Shown here: piece after piece, positions 30,124 through 40,588 of the stretch
How positions within the stretch are numbered: the first letter of the stretch is position 1
How the letters are laid out: every line of letters starts with the position of its first letter
Assembly (NCBI GenBank): GCA_965263035.1
Contig: OZ253580.1
Location: forward strand, 4,960,001 to 5,024,000
Direction: 5' to 3'
From: Acidobacteriota bacterium
GTDB taxonomy: Bacteria; Acidobacteriota; UBA6911; RPQK01; JAJDTT01
DNA: 64,000 nt
Made by a program: the position numbers and the translations under genes
The notes under the pieces: generated by a model
What the model saw: only the letters and a program-made list of their open reading frames with translations
Told to the model about the DNA's origin: nothing
The model's database searches: none

Positions 30124-31503
30124 ATGACTCGTTTGATTGCCGTTCTGAGCATTGCCGTCCTGTCGGTGCCCGGCCTCTTCGGAGGGGGCGAGGCAGGGGA
30201 GAAAGCGGCTGCGGGGGTGAGTTACTCCCAGGAAATCCAACCCCTGCTGCAACGCAGCTGCCAGGGTTGCCACCAGCCTTCCAGCCGTCAGGGCGCACTG
30301 GACGTCACCAATTTCGAGAGTCTTCGAACCGGGGGCCAACATGGAGAGGCCTTCGTCGCGGGCGCCCCGGACAGGAGCCTTCTCCTGGCGCACCTCACCG
30401 GGGACCGGGAACCGCGGATGCCGCTGGGTCAGCCGCCCCTGGATGCTTCCGATATCGAACTCTTCCGGAAATGGATCGCTTCGGGGGCCCGGGACGACTC
30501 CTCGGAGATGGCCACCCGGCTGGCCGGCGGGGAGCCGCCCGTGTACCGGCAGCCACCCGTCATCACCGCGCTGGCCTACTCTCCGGATGGCGGCACCCTG
30601 GCGGTTTCGGGCTACCGTGAAGTGCTGTTGCACCGGGATTCGGACCCGGAACCCGATGCCCGGCTGGTGGGGACCGCCGATCGGATCCAGTCGCTGGGCT
30701 TCACCGCCGACGGCAAGACCCTCATGGCGGCAGGGGGCAGGCCGGCCAGCTTCGGAGAGGTCCAATTCTGGGACCTGGACTCCGGACGCCTCCTGAGGGC
30801 AGTGCGGAGCTGCCACGACACCCTCTTCGGGGCGTCGCTTTCTCCAGACGGGACCCGCGTGGCCTTTGGTTGCGCCGATCACACGGTCCGGATCGTGGAA
30901 GTGGCCACGGGCAAAGAACTGCTGAAGATGAGTCATCACGAGAACTGGGTCCTGGGGACCGTCTTCGGAGTGGACGGAAAGCGGATCATCTCGGTGGGCC
31001 GGGACCGGGCGGCCAAGCTGGCGGATGCCACCAGCGGTGCCTTTATCGAGAACGTCAATCTGCTGAAGGGAGAGTTGACGGCTATTGCCCGGCATCCCAG
31101 CCGCGAGACCGTCGCCATCGGCGGCGAGGACCGGACGCCCTTTCTCTACCGGGTGGACAAGGCCGCCAAGATGTTGATCGCGGACAACACGAACCTGCTG
31201 CATGAGTTGGAGAAGCAGGACGGCGAGATCTTCGATCTGGCCTTCAGTCCGGACGGCAGGACGCTGGCCGTGTCCGGCGCCACGAGCCGCGTGTCTCTAT
31301 ACGACGTGGAGAGCGGAACCGCCTCGGGAGTCTGCGACGCCGGCTACCAAGGGGTCTACGCCGTCGCCTTCCAACCGCAGGGTGGCCGGCTGGCCATGGG
31401 CGGTTTTGACGGCAACGTGAGAATCTGCGAGTTGGACTCGGGCCGGACCGTCTCCGAGTTCATCCCGGTGCCCATCCAGGAGCCGCTGGTCTCGTCCCGG
31501 TAG
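30124..31503 (+). CDS. Planctomycete cytochrome c domain + WD40 repeat protein
   Basis: IQPLLQRSCQGCH heme motif, RMPLG..WIASGA; WD40 blades (LAYSPDG, FWD, LAFSPDG). Confidence 0.88.
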   Translation: MTRLIAVLSIAVLSVPGLFGGGEAGEKAAAGVSYSQEIQPLLQRSCQGCHQPSSRQGALDVTNFESLRTGGQHGEAFVAGAPDRSLLLAHLTGDREPRMPLGQPPLDASDIELFRKWIASGARDDSSEMATRLAGGEPPVYRQPPVITALAYSPDGGTLAVSGYREVLLHRDSDPEPDARLVGTADRIQSLGFTADGKTLMAAGGRPASFGEVQFWDLDSGRLLRAVRSCHDTLFGASLSPDGTRVAFGCADHTVRIVEVATGKELLKMSHHENWVLGTVFGVDGKRIISVGRDRAAKLADATSGAFIENVNLLKGELTAIARHPSRETVAIGGEDRTPFLYRVDKAAKMLIADNTNLLHELEKQDGEIFDLAFSPDGRTLAVSGATSRVSLYDVESGTASGVCDAGYQGVYAVAFQPQGGRLAMGGFDGNVRICELDSGRTVSEFIPVPIQEPLVSSR

Positions 31504-31562
31504 CGCGGGATTCTGACACTCGTCCGTAGTAAACTGGGAGCTACCATCTTTAATCCAAGTCC

Positions 31563-34061
31563 ATGGATCCAACCATGATCGACTCTTGCCTCCATTTCCC
31601 GGCAGGGCGGCGATCCCGCAGTATGACGGCGTTGCTGGCCCTGGTCTGTGGGTCTTTGCTGGGGGCCGAGGCACCGTTGCTGGAACAGATGCATCCCCCG
31701 GGCGCCCAAAAGGGGTCGGCCGTGACCCTGACCATGTCGGGAACGGGGCTGGGCGGGAATCTGAAGGTCCTCTCATCGCTTCCGGCAAGTTTCACCCCGC
31801 TGGCGGCGCAGGCCCCGGACGCCCCAGCCCAGGACGTGGACTCGGCGGCCTTTCTGCTGGAGGTCCGAAAAAACGTGGCTCCCGGCCTCTACCCCATTCG
31901 CGTCCACAGCGACCGGGGACTCTCCAACGTCCTGCTCTTCTCCGTGGGTGAGTTTCCCGAAGTCAATGAGAAGAAGGGAGGATCCAACGACACCCCTGCG
32001 GGAAGTCAGCCGGTCCCGGTTCCGGTGACGGTGAACGGGACCTTGGAGGGACCGGACCGGGACGTCTATCGGTTCCGGACCCGGGAAGGGGAGAGGGTCG
32101 TGCTGGAGGTGGAGGGCCGCCGGGTCGCATCGGCTCTGGACCCCGTGCTTCTGGTCCTCGATTCCCAGGGGAAACAGGTGGCCAGAAACGATGACGCCCC
32201 CGGAATCGGCGTCGATTCGCGTCTCGACCTTTCGCTGCCCGAGGGCGACTACTATGCGGTGGTTCACGACGCCCGGTTCAGCCGCCAGGACCGGAATTTC
32301 TATCGGCTCAAGATCGGCGCCTTCGACTACACCGAAGGGGTCTTTCCCCTCGGTTGGCAAAGAGGCGACAGAGTCCGGGTCGAAATGGTGGGGGGGCATT
32401 CCGCCGGTCCCCGGGAGATCCCTCTGGACCTGTCGGGAGTGGACCGGGAATTCGTGATGCTGCGGGTTCCGGGGACCCCGGGCGCGCTACCGTTGCCCTT
32501 CGTGGTAGGCGACCTTCCCGAGCGTCTGGAGCTGGAAGACCAGTCTTTGGGAGTGCTGGAGCCCTCCACGGTGGTCAACGGGCGAATCTCGGCACCCGGC
32601 GAAGTCGACCGCTACCGTCTCGACGTCTCGCCAGGAGAGGAATGGTCGGTTCATTTGGCTGGATCCCGGTTGGGCACGACCCGCCTCTTCGGCAGGGTCT
32701 CGGTCCTGGATTCCCAGGGAAAACTCCTGGCCTCGGGAGGCGATCAGGTGCCCTTGAGGAACGACTCGTTCCGGACTCACGGGGATGTCAGCCGCGACCC
32801 CCATCTGAGTTTCAAGGCCCCCGACGGGGCGCGAGAAGTGACCGTCACCGTGGAAGATCTGGTGGGCCGCGGCGGTCCGGACTACGCCTACCGGCTTTCG
32901 GCTTGGCGGGGTTCGGCCGATTTCACCATTTCCTTGTTGACTCCGTACCTGAACGTCCCTCGAAACGGAACCGTATGGATCGAAGCCAGGATCGAAAGAC
33001 GGGGATATACCGGCGCCGTCCGGTTGGAGATCCCGGATGCGGGAGAGGATCTGCTGGTGGAGGGGGGTGACGTTCCCCCCGAGTTGGTGTCTCCCGAGAG
33101 TCCCTTCCGCTCCGCCCCCGGGATTCTGACCGTCACGGCCAAGAGCGGAGCGTCCCTGGGAGTACGCCGGATCTCGGTCCGGGGAACGGCCGTGTTGCCC
33201 GACGGCACCCGGATCGAACGTTGGGCCCGGGCGCCGGGTCTCGTCACCGAGGTGAAGCCCGGAACGGGTTTGCCGGAACCCTCCATGCGGATGCGTGAAG
33301 AGCCCTTTACGGCCCCCTGGTTGGGTCTTGGAGTGCCGGTGAACGTGAGCCCTGAGGTTCCCGTTCGCCTGGAATTGGCGGGAGTATCTTCGGAGCGCCT
33401 GCTGCCCGGCATGGATCAGCGTGTGACTTGGCGCATGGTGGCCGCCGATCCCGCGGTGACCCTGCCCCGGAAGCTCAAGACGAACAGGGCAGTAACCCGC
33501 GAACTGCGGATTCGGGCTGTCAAAGGCAGCGGCCAGGACGAACCGGGCACCGGCGCCATTGTCGTGGCCACCACCATGGGCACGGTCCATGGAAAGTTCA
33601 ACTTCCTGGCGGAGGGGGAAGTGGAGATCCGGGGACGCAAGCAGACGATCCGGAGCCGCGCCCTTACCTTCGATGTGGTGCAGGGCTACCACATCCGGGT
33701 CGAGGAAACGGGTCTGACGCTCCAGCCGGGGGGGAGCGGGTATTTTCGGGGCCGGGTCGAACGCGATCCACTTTTCGACCGGCCGGTGAACGTTCAACCC
33801 GAGAATTTCCCCAACGGCGTTCTGTGCGAGTCGGTTCAGGTGGGCCTGGATCAGGAGGAGTTTCAGATCCCTTGCACGGCCGGGCAATCGGTTCAGCCGG
33901 GTGAGTACGCTATGGAGTTGTCCTCGTCCTCCACTCTGGCGACCCGGACGGAAACGCAGGTCCCCTATCGGATTCCATCGGTGGCCACCCGTTTGATTGT
34001 CGCCGGCAAGGAGTCGCAGGAGGACGATACGGGCGTGGCTTCTCTCCGGACGAGGGAATGA
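31563..34061 (+). CDS. Pre-peptidase C-terminal (PPC) domain protein
   Basis: PPGAQKG, VTVNGTL..DRDVYRF, LDPVLLVLD..ARNDD..DSRL, VVNGRISAPGEVDRYR. Confidence 0.8.
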   Translation: MDPTMIDSCLHFPAGRRSRSMTALLALVCGSLLGAEAPLLEQMHPPGAQKGSAVTLTMSGTGLGGNLKVLSSLPASFTPLAAQAPDAPAQDVDSAAFLLEVRKNVAPGLYPIRVHSDRGLSNVLLFSVGEFPEVNEKKGGSNDTPAGSQPVPVPVTVNGTLEGPDRDVYRFRTREGERVVLEVEGRRVASALDPVLLVLDSQGKQVARNDDAPGIGVDSRLDLSLPEGDYYAVVHDARFSRQDRNFYRLKIGAFDYTEGVFPLGWQRGDRVRVEMVGGHSAGPREIPLDLSGVDREFVMLRVPGTPGALPLPFVVGDLPERLELEDQSLGVLEPSTVVNGRISAPGEVDRYRLDVSPGEEWSVHLAGSRLGTTRLFGRVSVLDSQGKLLASGGDQVPLRNDSFRTHGDVSRDPHLSFKAPDGAREVTVTVEDLVGRGGPDYAYRLSAWRGSADFTISLLTPYLNVPRNGTVWIEARIERRGYTGAVRLEIPDAGEDLLVEGGDVPPELVSPESPFRSAPGILTVTAKSGASLGVRRISVRGTAVLPDGTRIERWARAPGLVTEVKPGTGLPEPSMRMREEPFTAPWLGLGVPVNVSPEVPVRLELAGVSSERLLPGMDQRVTWRMVAADPAVTLPRKLKTNRAVTRELRIRAVKGSGQDEPGTGAIVVATTMGTVHGKFNFLAEGEVEIRGRKQTIRSRALTFDVVQGYHIRVEETGLTLQPGGSGYFRGRVERDPLFDRPVNVQPENFPNGVLCESVQVGLDQEEFQIPCTAGQSVQPGEYAMELSSSSTLATRTETQVPYRIPSVATRLIVAGKESQEDDTGVASLRTRE

Positions 34062-36574
34062 TGAATGGATTGGGGGCGTCTATGTTCACGGTACGCGTAT
34101 CGATGCAGTTGAACCCGAACAGGACGGTGTTGGCAGTCGTTTTCGGGGCAATAGCTATTGCGGCGGTGCTCGCCGCCGGGCCTCTCGTGGCAGCCGGCGA
34201 AGCCTTCCGTGAGATTCGGGTCGAGCCCTCTCCTCTGGTCTTTTCCGGCCCGGGTTCCGTTAGACGAATTCTGGTCACGGGGATCACGGTTTCGGGAGAA
34301 CGGCGGGACCTGACGGCGAAGGCCCGATATGAGGATTCGGCCGGTTTGGTGGAGGTTCAGGGCCAGGGCTTTCTACACCCCAGGGAGTCGGGAGAAACGA
34401 CGCTCCAGGTCACGGCCGAAGCACTCAGGGTGGACGTTCCCGTTCGGATCGAGCCGGCCCGGGAACGGCCGACCACCTTCCTGAAGGACGTCCTGCCGGT
34501 CATCAACAAGGTGGGTTGCACCCAGGGCGTCTGCCACGGCGCGGCCAAGGGGAAGAACGGCTTCAAGCTCTCGTTGCGGGGCTACGATCCCCGCTTCGAC
34601 TACCAGGCGCTCCTCTACGACATGTCGGGCCGCCGCTTCAATCGCGCCGATCCGGCCCGCAGCCTGATGCTGGCCAAGCCCGCCCAGCAGGTGGCCCATG
34701 GGGGCGGCCTGAGGCTGCAACCGGACTCCCCCTACTACGACACCCTCCTCCAATGGATCACCGACGGAGTGCCCTTCGGCGAAGAGTCGACGGATCGTGT
34801 CCGGCGGTTGGAGGTTCTTCCGGAAGAGGTCTTCCTGACCGCGCCCGGCCGGAAGCAGAGCGTGGTCGTGCTGGCTGAATATGAGGACGGCAGTCTCCGG
34901 GACGTCACCCGGGAAGCTCATCTCGGCAGCAGCAACACCGAGGCCATCGCCGTGACGGACCCAGCGGTGGTGGAGGGAGAGCGGGTCGGAGAAGGGGCCC
35001 TGCTGGTCCGTTACGAGGGAAAGTTCGTGACGGTCCCGGTCACGGTTCTGAATCCCAGCTCCGGTTTCGAGTGGCGGCCGCTGCCTCAGCACAACTACAT
35101 CGACCGCCTGGTGGACGGGAAGCTGGAGCGGATCCGGGTGCAGCCGTCGCTCCCGGCGTCCGGCAGCGATTTCCTGCGCCGTGTCTCTCTGGACCTGACG
35201 GGGCGGCTTCCCCGGCCCCAGGAGGTCCGCGCGTTTCTGGAGGATCCGGCCGATCCGAAGGAGAAACGCCGGGAGGCCATCGACCGGCTCATGGGCAGTG
35301 ACGCCTACGTCGACCACTGGACCCTGAAGTGGGGCGATCTCCTGCGCAACAACCGGAAGTTCCTGGGCCACAAGGGCATCTGGTCTTTCCGGGAATGGAT
35401 CCGGCAGTCGGTGGCCGAGAACAAGCCCTACGACCGGCTGGTCCGGGAACTGCTGGCCTCCAAGGGAAGCACGGTAGAGAACCCCGCCGTCAACTACTTC
35501 CGCGTGGCACGGACTCCCCAGGACGCCATGGAGACCACCACGCAACTGTTTCTGGGAGTCCGCATGGTCTGCGCCCAGTGTCACGACCATCCCTTCGAGA
35601 GATGGACCCAGGACCAGTACTTTCAGATGGCGGCCTTCTTTTCCGCCATCGGAATCCGGCCCGGGTTCAGAAGTGGAGAGGAGATCGTCTACGAGAAGCG
35701 CCAGGACACCCGGATGAAGCATCCTAAAGATGGACGGGTGATGGAGCCCAGGTATCTGGTTCCTGTCGAGGGAGCTCCCGCGCTGGAGGGTGAGGGTGAC
35801 CAGCGTCCGTCCCTGGTGGACTGGCTGACCTCCAAGGACAATCCCTTCTTTGCCCGGGCGGTGGCCAACCGAGTCTGGAGCTACTTCTTCGGCCGGGGCA
35901 TCATCGAACCGGTGGATGACATCCGGGCCTCCAATCCGGCGGTCAACGTTCCCCTGTTGGATGCCTTGGCGCAGGATCTGAAGGACCACCATTACGATCT
36001 TCAGCATCTCATGCGGACCATCGTCGAGTCCCGGACCTACCAGGCGTCGATCCGGACCAACTCCTGGAACGAGAACGACGGGATCAACTTCTCCCGCCGG
36101 ATTCCCCGGCGCCTGAGCGCGGAGCAGCTGGCCGACGCCATCTCCGCGGCGACGGGCTCGCGGGTCGAGTTCGAGACCGTTCCCGACGACTCCCGCGCGG
36201 CGCAATTGCCCGATCCCCACGTGGAGAACGGCGAGTTTCTGGACCTCTTCGGGCGGCCTCAGCGGGACCAGCCCTGCGAGTGCGAGCGCAGGAGCGACAT
36301 GAGCCTTTCCCAGGCGCTGAATCTGGTCAACGGCCCCACCGTGGGCAGGGCCGTGGCGGATCCCGAGGGGCGGATCGCGTCCCTGATTCTGGAAGGCGTT
36401 TCGGATCGCAAGTTGATCGAGGATCTCTACCTGTCCACCCTGAGCCGGCCGCCCACAGCTCCCGAATTCGCCTCGGCTGCGCATCTGTTCGAAGGGCGGG
36501 AGAGCCGGGCCGGAACGGCCCAGGATCTGCTCTGGGCGCTGCTGAACAGCAACGCCTTTCTGTTCAATCGGTGA
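34058..36574 (+). CDS. DUF1549/DUF1553 (PSD1) protein with Ig-like domains
   Basis: GCTQGVCHG, FLRRVSLDLTG, CAQCHDHPFERWTQ, NRVWSYFFGRGIIEPVDD, CECER, LWALLNS. Confidence 0.92.
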   Translation: MMNGLGASMFTVRVSMQLNPNRTVLAVVFGAIAIAAVLAAGPLVAAGEAFREIRVEPSPLVFSGPGSVRRILVTGITVSGERRDLTAKARYEDSAGLVEVQGQGFLHPRESGETTLQVTAEALRVDVPVRIEPARERPTTFLKDVLPVINKVGCTQGVCHGAAKGKNGFKLSLRGYDPRFDYQALLYDMSGRRFNRADPARSLMLAKPAQQVAHGGGLRLQPDSPYYDTLLQWITDGVPFGEESTDRVRRLEVLPEEVFLTAPGRKQSVVVLAEYEDGSLRDVTREAHLGSSNTEAIAVTDPAVVEGERVGEGALLVRYEGKFVTVPVTVLNPSSGFEWRPLPQHNYIDRLVDGKLERIRVQPSLPASGSDFLRRVSLDLTGRLPRPQEVRAFLEDPADPKEKRREAIDRLMGSDAYVDHWTLKWGDLLRNNRKFLGHKGIWSFREWIRQSVAENKPYDRLVRELLASKGSTVENPAVNYFRVARTPQDAMETTTQLFLGVRMVCAQCHDHPFERWTQDQYFQMAAFFSAIGIRPGFRSGEEIVYEKRQDTRMKHPKDGRVMEPRYLVPVEGAPALEGEGDQRPSLVDWLTSKDNPFFARAVANRVWSYFFGRGIIEPVDDIRASNPAVNVPLLDALAQDLKDHHYDLQHLMRTIVESRTYQASIRTNSWNENDGINFSRRIPRRLSAEQLADAISAATGSRVEFETVPDDSRAAQLPDPHVENGEFLDLFGRPQRDQPCECERRSDMSLSQALNLVNGPTVGRAVADPEGRIASLILEGVSDRKLIEDLYLSTLSRPPTAPEFASAAHLFEGRESRAGTAQDLLWALLNSNAFLFNR

Positions 36575-36679
36575 GTGGACGGGCGTGAGGTTGCAAGACG
36601 GGGTCCGAGAGTGGAGAATGGGCCGCAACGGCCGGTTCCCCACCGTCCGTCTGGCGGAAGTTTTTGAAGGAGGTATCGA

Positions 36680-38140
36680 ATGCTAGTCGTACCAGGTCAT
36701 CGCGCGTTTCTTTGTGACGGTCCGACGCGCCGGGAGTTTCTCAGGGTCGGCTCCATCGGCCTTTTCGGTCTCGGCCTTCCCAATTTCCTCTCCTGGCAGG
36801 CCGCCCAAGCCGCCTCCACGCCGTCGGTTGCCGGCGACCTGGTGGCCAGCAAAGGCTTCGGCTCCGCCAAGAGCGTGATCCTCCTCTTTCTCCAAGGCGG
36901 ACCCAGCCACATCGATATCTGGGATCCCAAGCCGGACGCCCCGGCCAACATTCGGGGCGAGTTCAAAGCCATCAAGAGCAAGGTCCCCGGAATCTGGCTC
37001 AGCGAGACCATGCCCAAGCTGGCCCAGCAGGTGGACAAGTGCACCTTGATCCGCTCCATGAGCTACACGCCCAAGGGACTGTTCAACCACACCGCGGCCA
37101 TCTACCAGATGCTGACCGGATATCCACCTGATCGGGTCTCGCCGTCGGGACAGTTGGAACCCCCGTCGCCTGCCGATTTCCCTACGGCGGGATCGCACAT
37201 CTCCAAGATGCTTCCTCTCGACGATCCGGTGCTGCCTTTCGTGGAGATGCCGCGACCGCTGCAGGAATCCAACGTGGTGGGGAAGGGAGGGGCCGCCGGG
37301 TTCCTGGGCAAGGCCTACGATCCCTATCGGCTCTATCAGGATCCCAACAAGCCGATCCGGCTGGAGGACCTGTCGTTGCGCCAGGAAGTCCCGCCCCAGC
37401 GGTTGAAGGACCGCTTCGCCCTGCTGAAGGGGATCAACAAGTCCATGCCCGATCTGGAGAAGGCCGTGGGCCAGTACGCGGTCGACGAGTACTACGAGCG
37501 GGCCTACGACCTGGTCCTCTCGGGCAAGGCCCGGGCCGCCTTCGACCTGGAGCAGGAGCCGGTCGCCGTGCGGGAGCGCTATGGGCGCACCACCTTCGGA
37601 CAGGGAGCGCTGATGGCCCGCCGCCTGGTGGAGGCCGGAACCCGCTTCGTTCAGCTCAACTGGCCTTCCGTGGCCAACGGGAACCCGGAAACCACGGCCT
37701 GGGACACCCACGCCGCCAATTTCGGTCCCCTGAAGAACCTGCATTGTCCGGTTCTGGATCAGGCTCTATCCGCGCTTCTGGAGGATATGGACGACCGGGG
37801 GTTGCTGGAGGAGACTCTGGTGGTGACGGTGGGAGAGTTCGGCCGATCGCCTCGGCTGGGCGTGAGCACCTCGGGGAACACCAACTCTCCCGACGGCCGG
37901 GATCACTGGCCCTACTGCTACACGGCGCTGGTGGCGGGCGCAGGCATCGCTCGCGGGGCACTCTACGGAGAGTCGGACGAGACCGGATCCTCACCCAGGG
38001 AGAAGCCGGTGCATCCCAACGATCTGCTGGCCAGCGTCTACTTCAGCCTGGGCATCGATCCGCACATGGAGGTCCTCAACCACCTGGATCAGCCTCGTGA
38101 GCTGGTGAAGGGGACCCCCTTGCTGGATCTGTGGGGGTAG
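36680..38140 (+). CDS. DUF1501 domain protein (Tat-like signal)
   Basis: [44 protein letters not shown]. Confidence 0.92.
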   Translation: MLVVPGHRAFLCDGPTRREFLRVGSIGLFGLGLPNFLSWQAAQAASTPSVAGDLVASKGFGSAKSVILLFLQGGPSHIDIWDPKPDAPANIRGEFKAIKSKVPGIWLSETMPKLAQQVDKCTLIRSMSYTPKGLFNHTAAIYQMLTGYPPDRVSPSGQLEPPSPADFPTAGSHISKMLPLDDPVLPFVEMPRPLQESNVVGKGGAAGFLGKAYDPYRLYQDPNKPIRLEDLSLRQEVPPQRLKDRFALLKGINKSMPDLEKAVGQYAVDEYYERAYDLVLSGKARAAFDLEQEPVAVRERYGRTTFGQGALMARRLVEAGTRFVQLNWPSVANGNPETTAWDTHAANFGPLKNLHCPVLDQALSALLEDMDDRGLLEETLVVTVGEFGRSPRLGVSTSGNTNSPDGRDHWPYCYTALVAGAGIARGALYGESDETGSSPREKPVHPNDLLASVYFSLGIDPHMEVLNHLDQPRELVKGTPLLDLWG

Positions 38141-38220
38141 TTCCACCGGAATCGGTTGGACGAAAGGAATTTCGGCGCCGGACAACCCGCGGCGGGTCGT
38201 ATCCCGCATGTGTGCCTACC

Positions 38221-38327
38221 CGTCGAATCCGCACCACTCCAGGATGGTCAGCGCGTAGATCGTGAGTCCTTCCACGATCTGATCCAGTTTCAGATACTCG
38301 TCGTAGCAGTGGACCCGGCGGTAGTCC
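38221..38327 (-). repeat. 107-bp direct repeat of the M20 peptidase 3' region (partner at 40615-40721)
   Basis: 4 mismatches in 107 bp by manual alignment; encodes DYRRVHCYDEYLKLDQIVEGLTIYALTILEWCGFD. Confidence 0.9.
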
Positions 38328-38456
38328 GCCGCCCCCAGCTCGGTCGGGACCGGCTGCGCAAATTACATCCCTGCCGATGCAAGGCACGCGCTCCGATGCA
38401 CCGGCTCGGAGCCGCGCCATCCTGTACGTCGCCGAGGGATGCACGTGGCGGGTTAA

Positions 38457-38618
38457 CAGTCCGTGGTGAAAGTCCCGCGTAAGCACCGAGACCGGGGCTG
38501 CGCCCGCCGGACAAGGCGCGGTGAGGGAGCATATTCGACCCTATGTGACCGAGGCGCAACGCAGTCCGCGCACGATGCAGGGACGGTCGAATGCCGCGAC
38601 GACTTTTGCCACGGGCTG
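38457..38618 (+). mobile_element. MITE-like repeat family A, copy 6
   Basis: TTAA duplicated on both flanks; the right TTAA contains the BCCT stop codon. Confidence 0.9.
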
Positions 38619-40175
38619 TTAACGGACCCTGCCCGCGGTGCTCGCGCGCAGGCCCTTCCAGGTGCTGTAGCACATGGCGACCAGCACCAGCGCGAAGGGG
38701 AGAGCGGCGGCGAGCGTGGCCGCCTGCGCCGCCACAAGGCCGCCGCCGAGCAGCAGCGCGATGGCGGTCAGCCCCTCGAAGACGCACCAGAACACGCGCT
38801 GGGCAACCGGCGCATCCAGCTTGCCGCCGGCGGTGATGGTGTCGATGACCAGTGATCCGGAGTCGGAGGAGGTGACGAAGAACACCACCACCAGCACGAG
38901 GCCGATGAACGAGGTGACGGTCGCAAGTGGCAGCGTCTCCAGCAGCGCGAACAGGGCGATCTCCGGCTGCTGCGCCTGCACCGCCGCGATCACGGCGGGA
39001 TGGCCGCGGTCGACGTACTGCGACACCGCGGTCCCGCCGAAGGCATTCATCCAGATCGTGGCAGTCAGCGTCGGGATGACCATCATGCAGGCGACCAGTT
39101 CGCGCACCGTCCGGCCACGCGAGACCCGGGCGATGAACAGGCCGACGAAGGGGGACCACGAGAGCCACCAGGCCCAGAAGAAGGTCGTCCAGCCGTGCAT
39201 GAAGTCGAGATCCTCGCGTCCTACCCAGTTGCTGAGCGGTCCGATCGATGCGAGATACTGGCCGAGGCTGGTGACGGCGCCGGTGGCGATGGCGCGCGTC
39301 GGCCCGACCGTCAGCACGAAAACCAGCAGCAACAGGGCCAGTAGCAGGTTGGCCTCGCTCAGCCGCTTGACCCCCTTCTCCATGCCGCTGATAACCGACG
39401 CCAGCGCCATGCCGGTGATACCGACGATCAGCAATACCTGGGTGGTGTCGGTCGCCGGCGTGCCCCACAGGCGGGCCAGCCCCGCCGCCAACTGCTCGGC
39501 GCCCAGGCCGAGCGATGTGGCCAGCCCAAAGAGCGTGGCGAAGACGGCAAGGGTGTCGAGGCCGTGGCCGAACCAGCCCCACACGGCCTTCCCCATGAGC
39601 GGATAGAACGCCGACCGCAGCGCCAGCGGCAGGCCGAGGTTATACGACGCGAAGGCGATCGCCACCGCCACCACCGCGTACATGGCCCATCCATGGATTC
39701 CCCAGTGGTAGATGGCGCTGGCCATGCCGAGGCGCGCCGCCGCCGCCGTGTCGGCCGCATCGAGACCGAGCGGCGGTTGCAGGAAATGCTCCACCGGTTC
39801 CGCCACCCCGAAGAACATCAGGCCGATGCCCGTCCCGGCGGCGAACAGCATGGCGAACCAGGTCGATCGGGAGTAGTCCGGCCGGGCATCCGCGCCGCCC
39901 AGGCGCACACGGCCAGGCGGGGTCACCAGCAATAGCAGGCAGAAGAGCACGAAGAGGTTGCCCGCGCCCATCAACACCCAGTCGAAGGTCGACATGAGCC
40001 ACGCGCGCAGCGCCCCGAAGGCGACCGCCGCCTCAGCCTGGAACGCCAGCACCCCGGCGACGAATACGATGATGGTGACGCTGGAGACGACGAAAACCGG
40101 ATTATGGATGTCGAGGCCGAAGAACTGGACGTTGTCCCGACCCAGCTTGTAGTCGATCTCCGAGATCTCAGCCAT
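38619..40175 (-). CDS. BCCT family betaine/choline/carnitine transporter
   Basis: WFAMLFAAGTGIGLMFFGVAEP, HWGIHGWAMY, WTTFFWAWWLSWSPFVGLFIARVSRGRT, FFVTSSDSGS. Confidence 0.95.
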   Translation of the reverse strand: MAEISEIDYKLGRDNVQFFGLDIHNPVFVVSSVTIIVFVAGVLAFQAEAAVAFGALRAWLMSTFDWVLMGAGNLFVLFCLLLLVTPPGRVRLGGADARPDYSRSTWFAMLFAAGTGIGLMFFGVAEPVEHFLQPPLGLDAADTAAAARLGMASAIYHWGIHGWAMYAVVAVAIAFASYNLGLPLALRSAFYPLMGKAVWGWFGHGLDTLAVFATLFGLATSLGLGAEQLAAGLARLWGTPATDTTQVLLIVGITGMALASVISGMEKGVKRLSEANLLLALLLLVFVLTVGPTRAIATGAVTSLGQYLASIGPLSNWVGREDLDFMHGWTTFFWAWWLSWSPFVGLFIARVSRGRTVRELVACMMVIPTLTATIWMNAFGGTAVSQYVDRGHPAVIAAVQAQQPEIALFALLETLPLATVTSFIGLVLVVVFFVTSSDSGSLVIDTITAGGKLDAPVAQRVFWCVFEGLTAIALLLGGGLVAAQAATLAAALPFALVLVAMCYSTWKGLRASTAGRVR

Positions 40176-40374
40176 GGGGTTTCTTCAGCGGTGTTGCAGC
40201 ACCGCCGTTCCACCGCCACCACGGCGGTAAACAGCGGGGCAATGACGTGCGGCGTGCACGTCTGATACTGCCGCTGGCCAAAGGTCGGTCATTCTTCGCG
40301 AGCCGGGAAGCTTCGGCGAATACTAGGGTGCACAACCGCTCCTTGGTGCAACCTGCCGGCAGTGTTTATCATTA

Positions 40375-40535
40375 GGAGTCTGCGCGGTAGAAATGATCGT
40401 AGCGAGAAAGTGGGGAATCGAGGCCAGATTTTCTCGATTTTGAGGTGCATAGTTGTTCTATTCGCCGAGAAATCGGGGAAATATGGACCGATTCTACCGC
40501 TTTCGCAGTAGATCAATTTCTGCGGCGCAGGCTCC
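40375..40535 (+). mobile_element. MITE-like repeat family B, copy 2
   Basis: Essentially identical to 29814-29974. Confidence 0.88.
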
Positions 40536-40588
40536 TTGGTGAAGCTGGAAGGATTGCGCGTGGCCACGACCGGACGAGTCGCTGCCGG

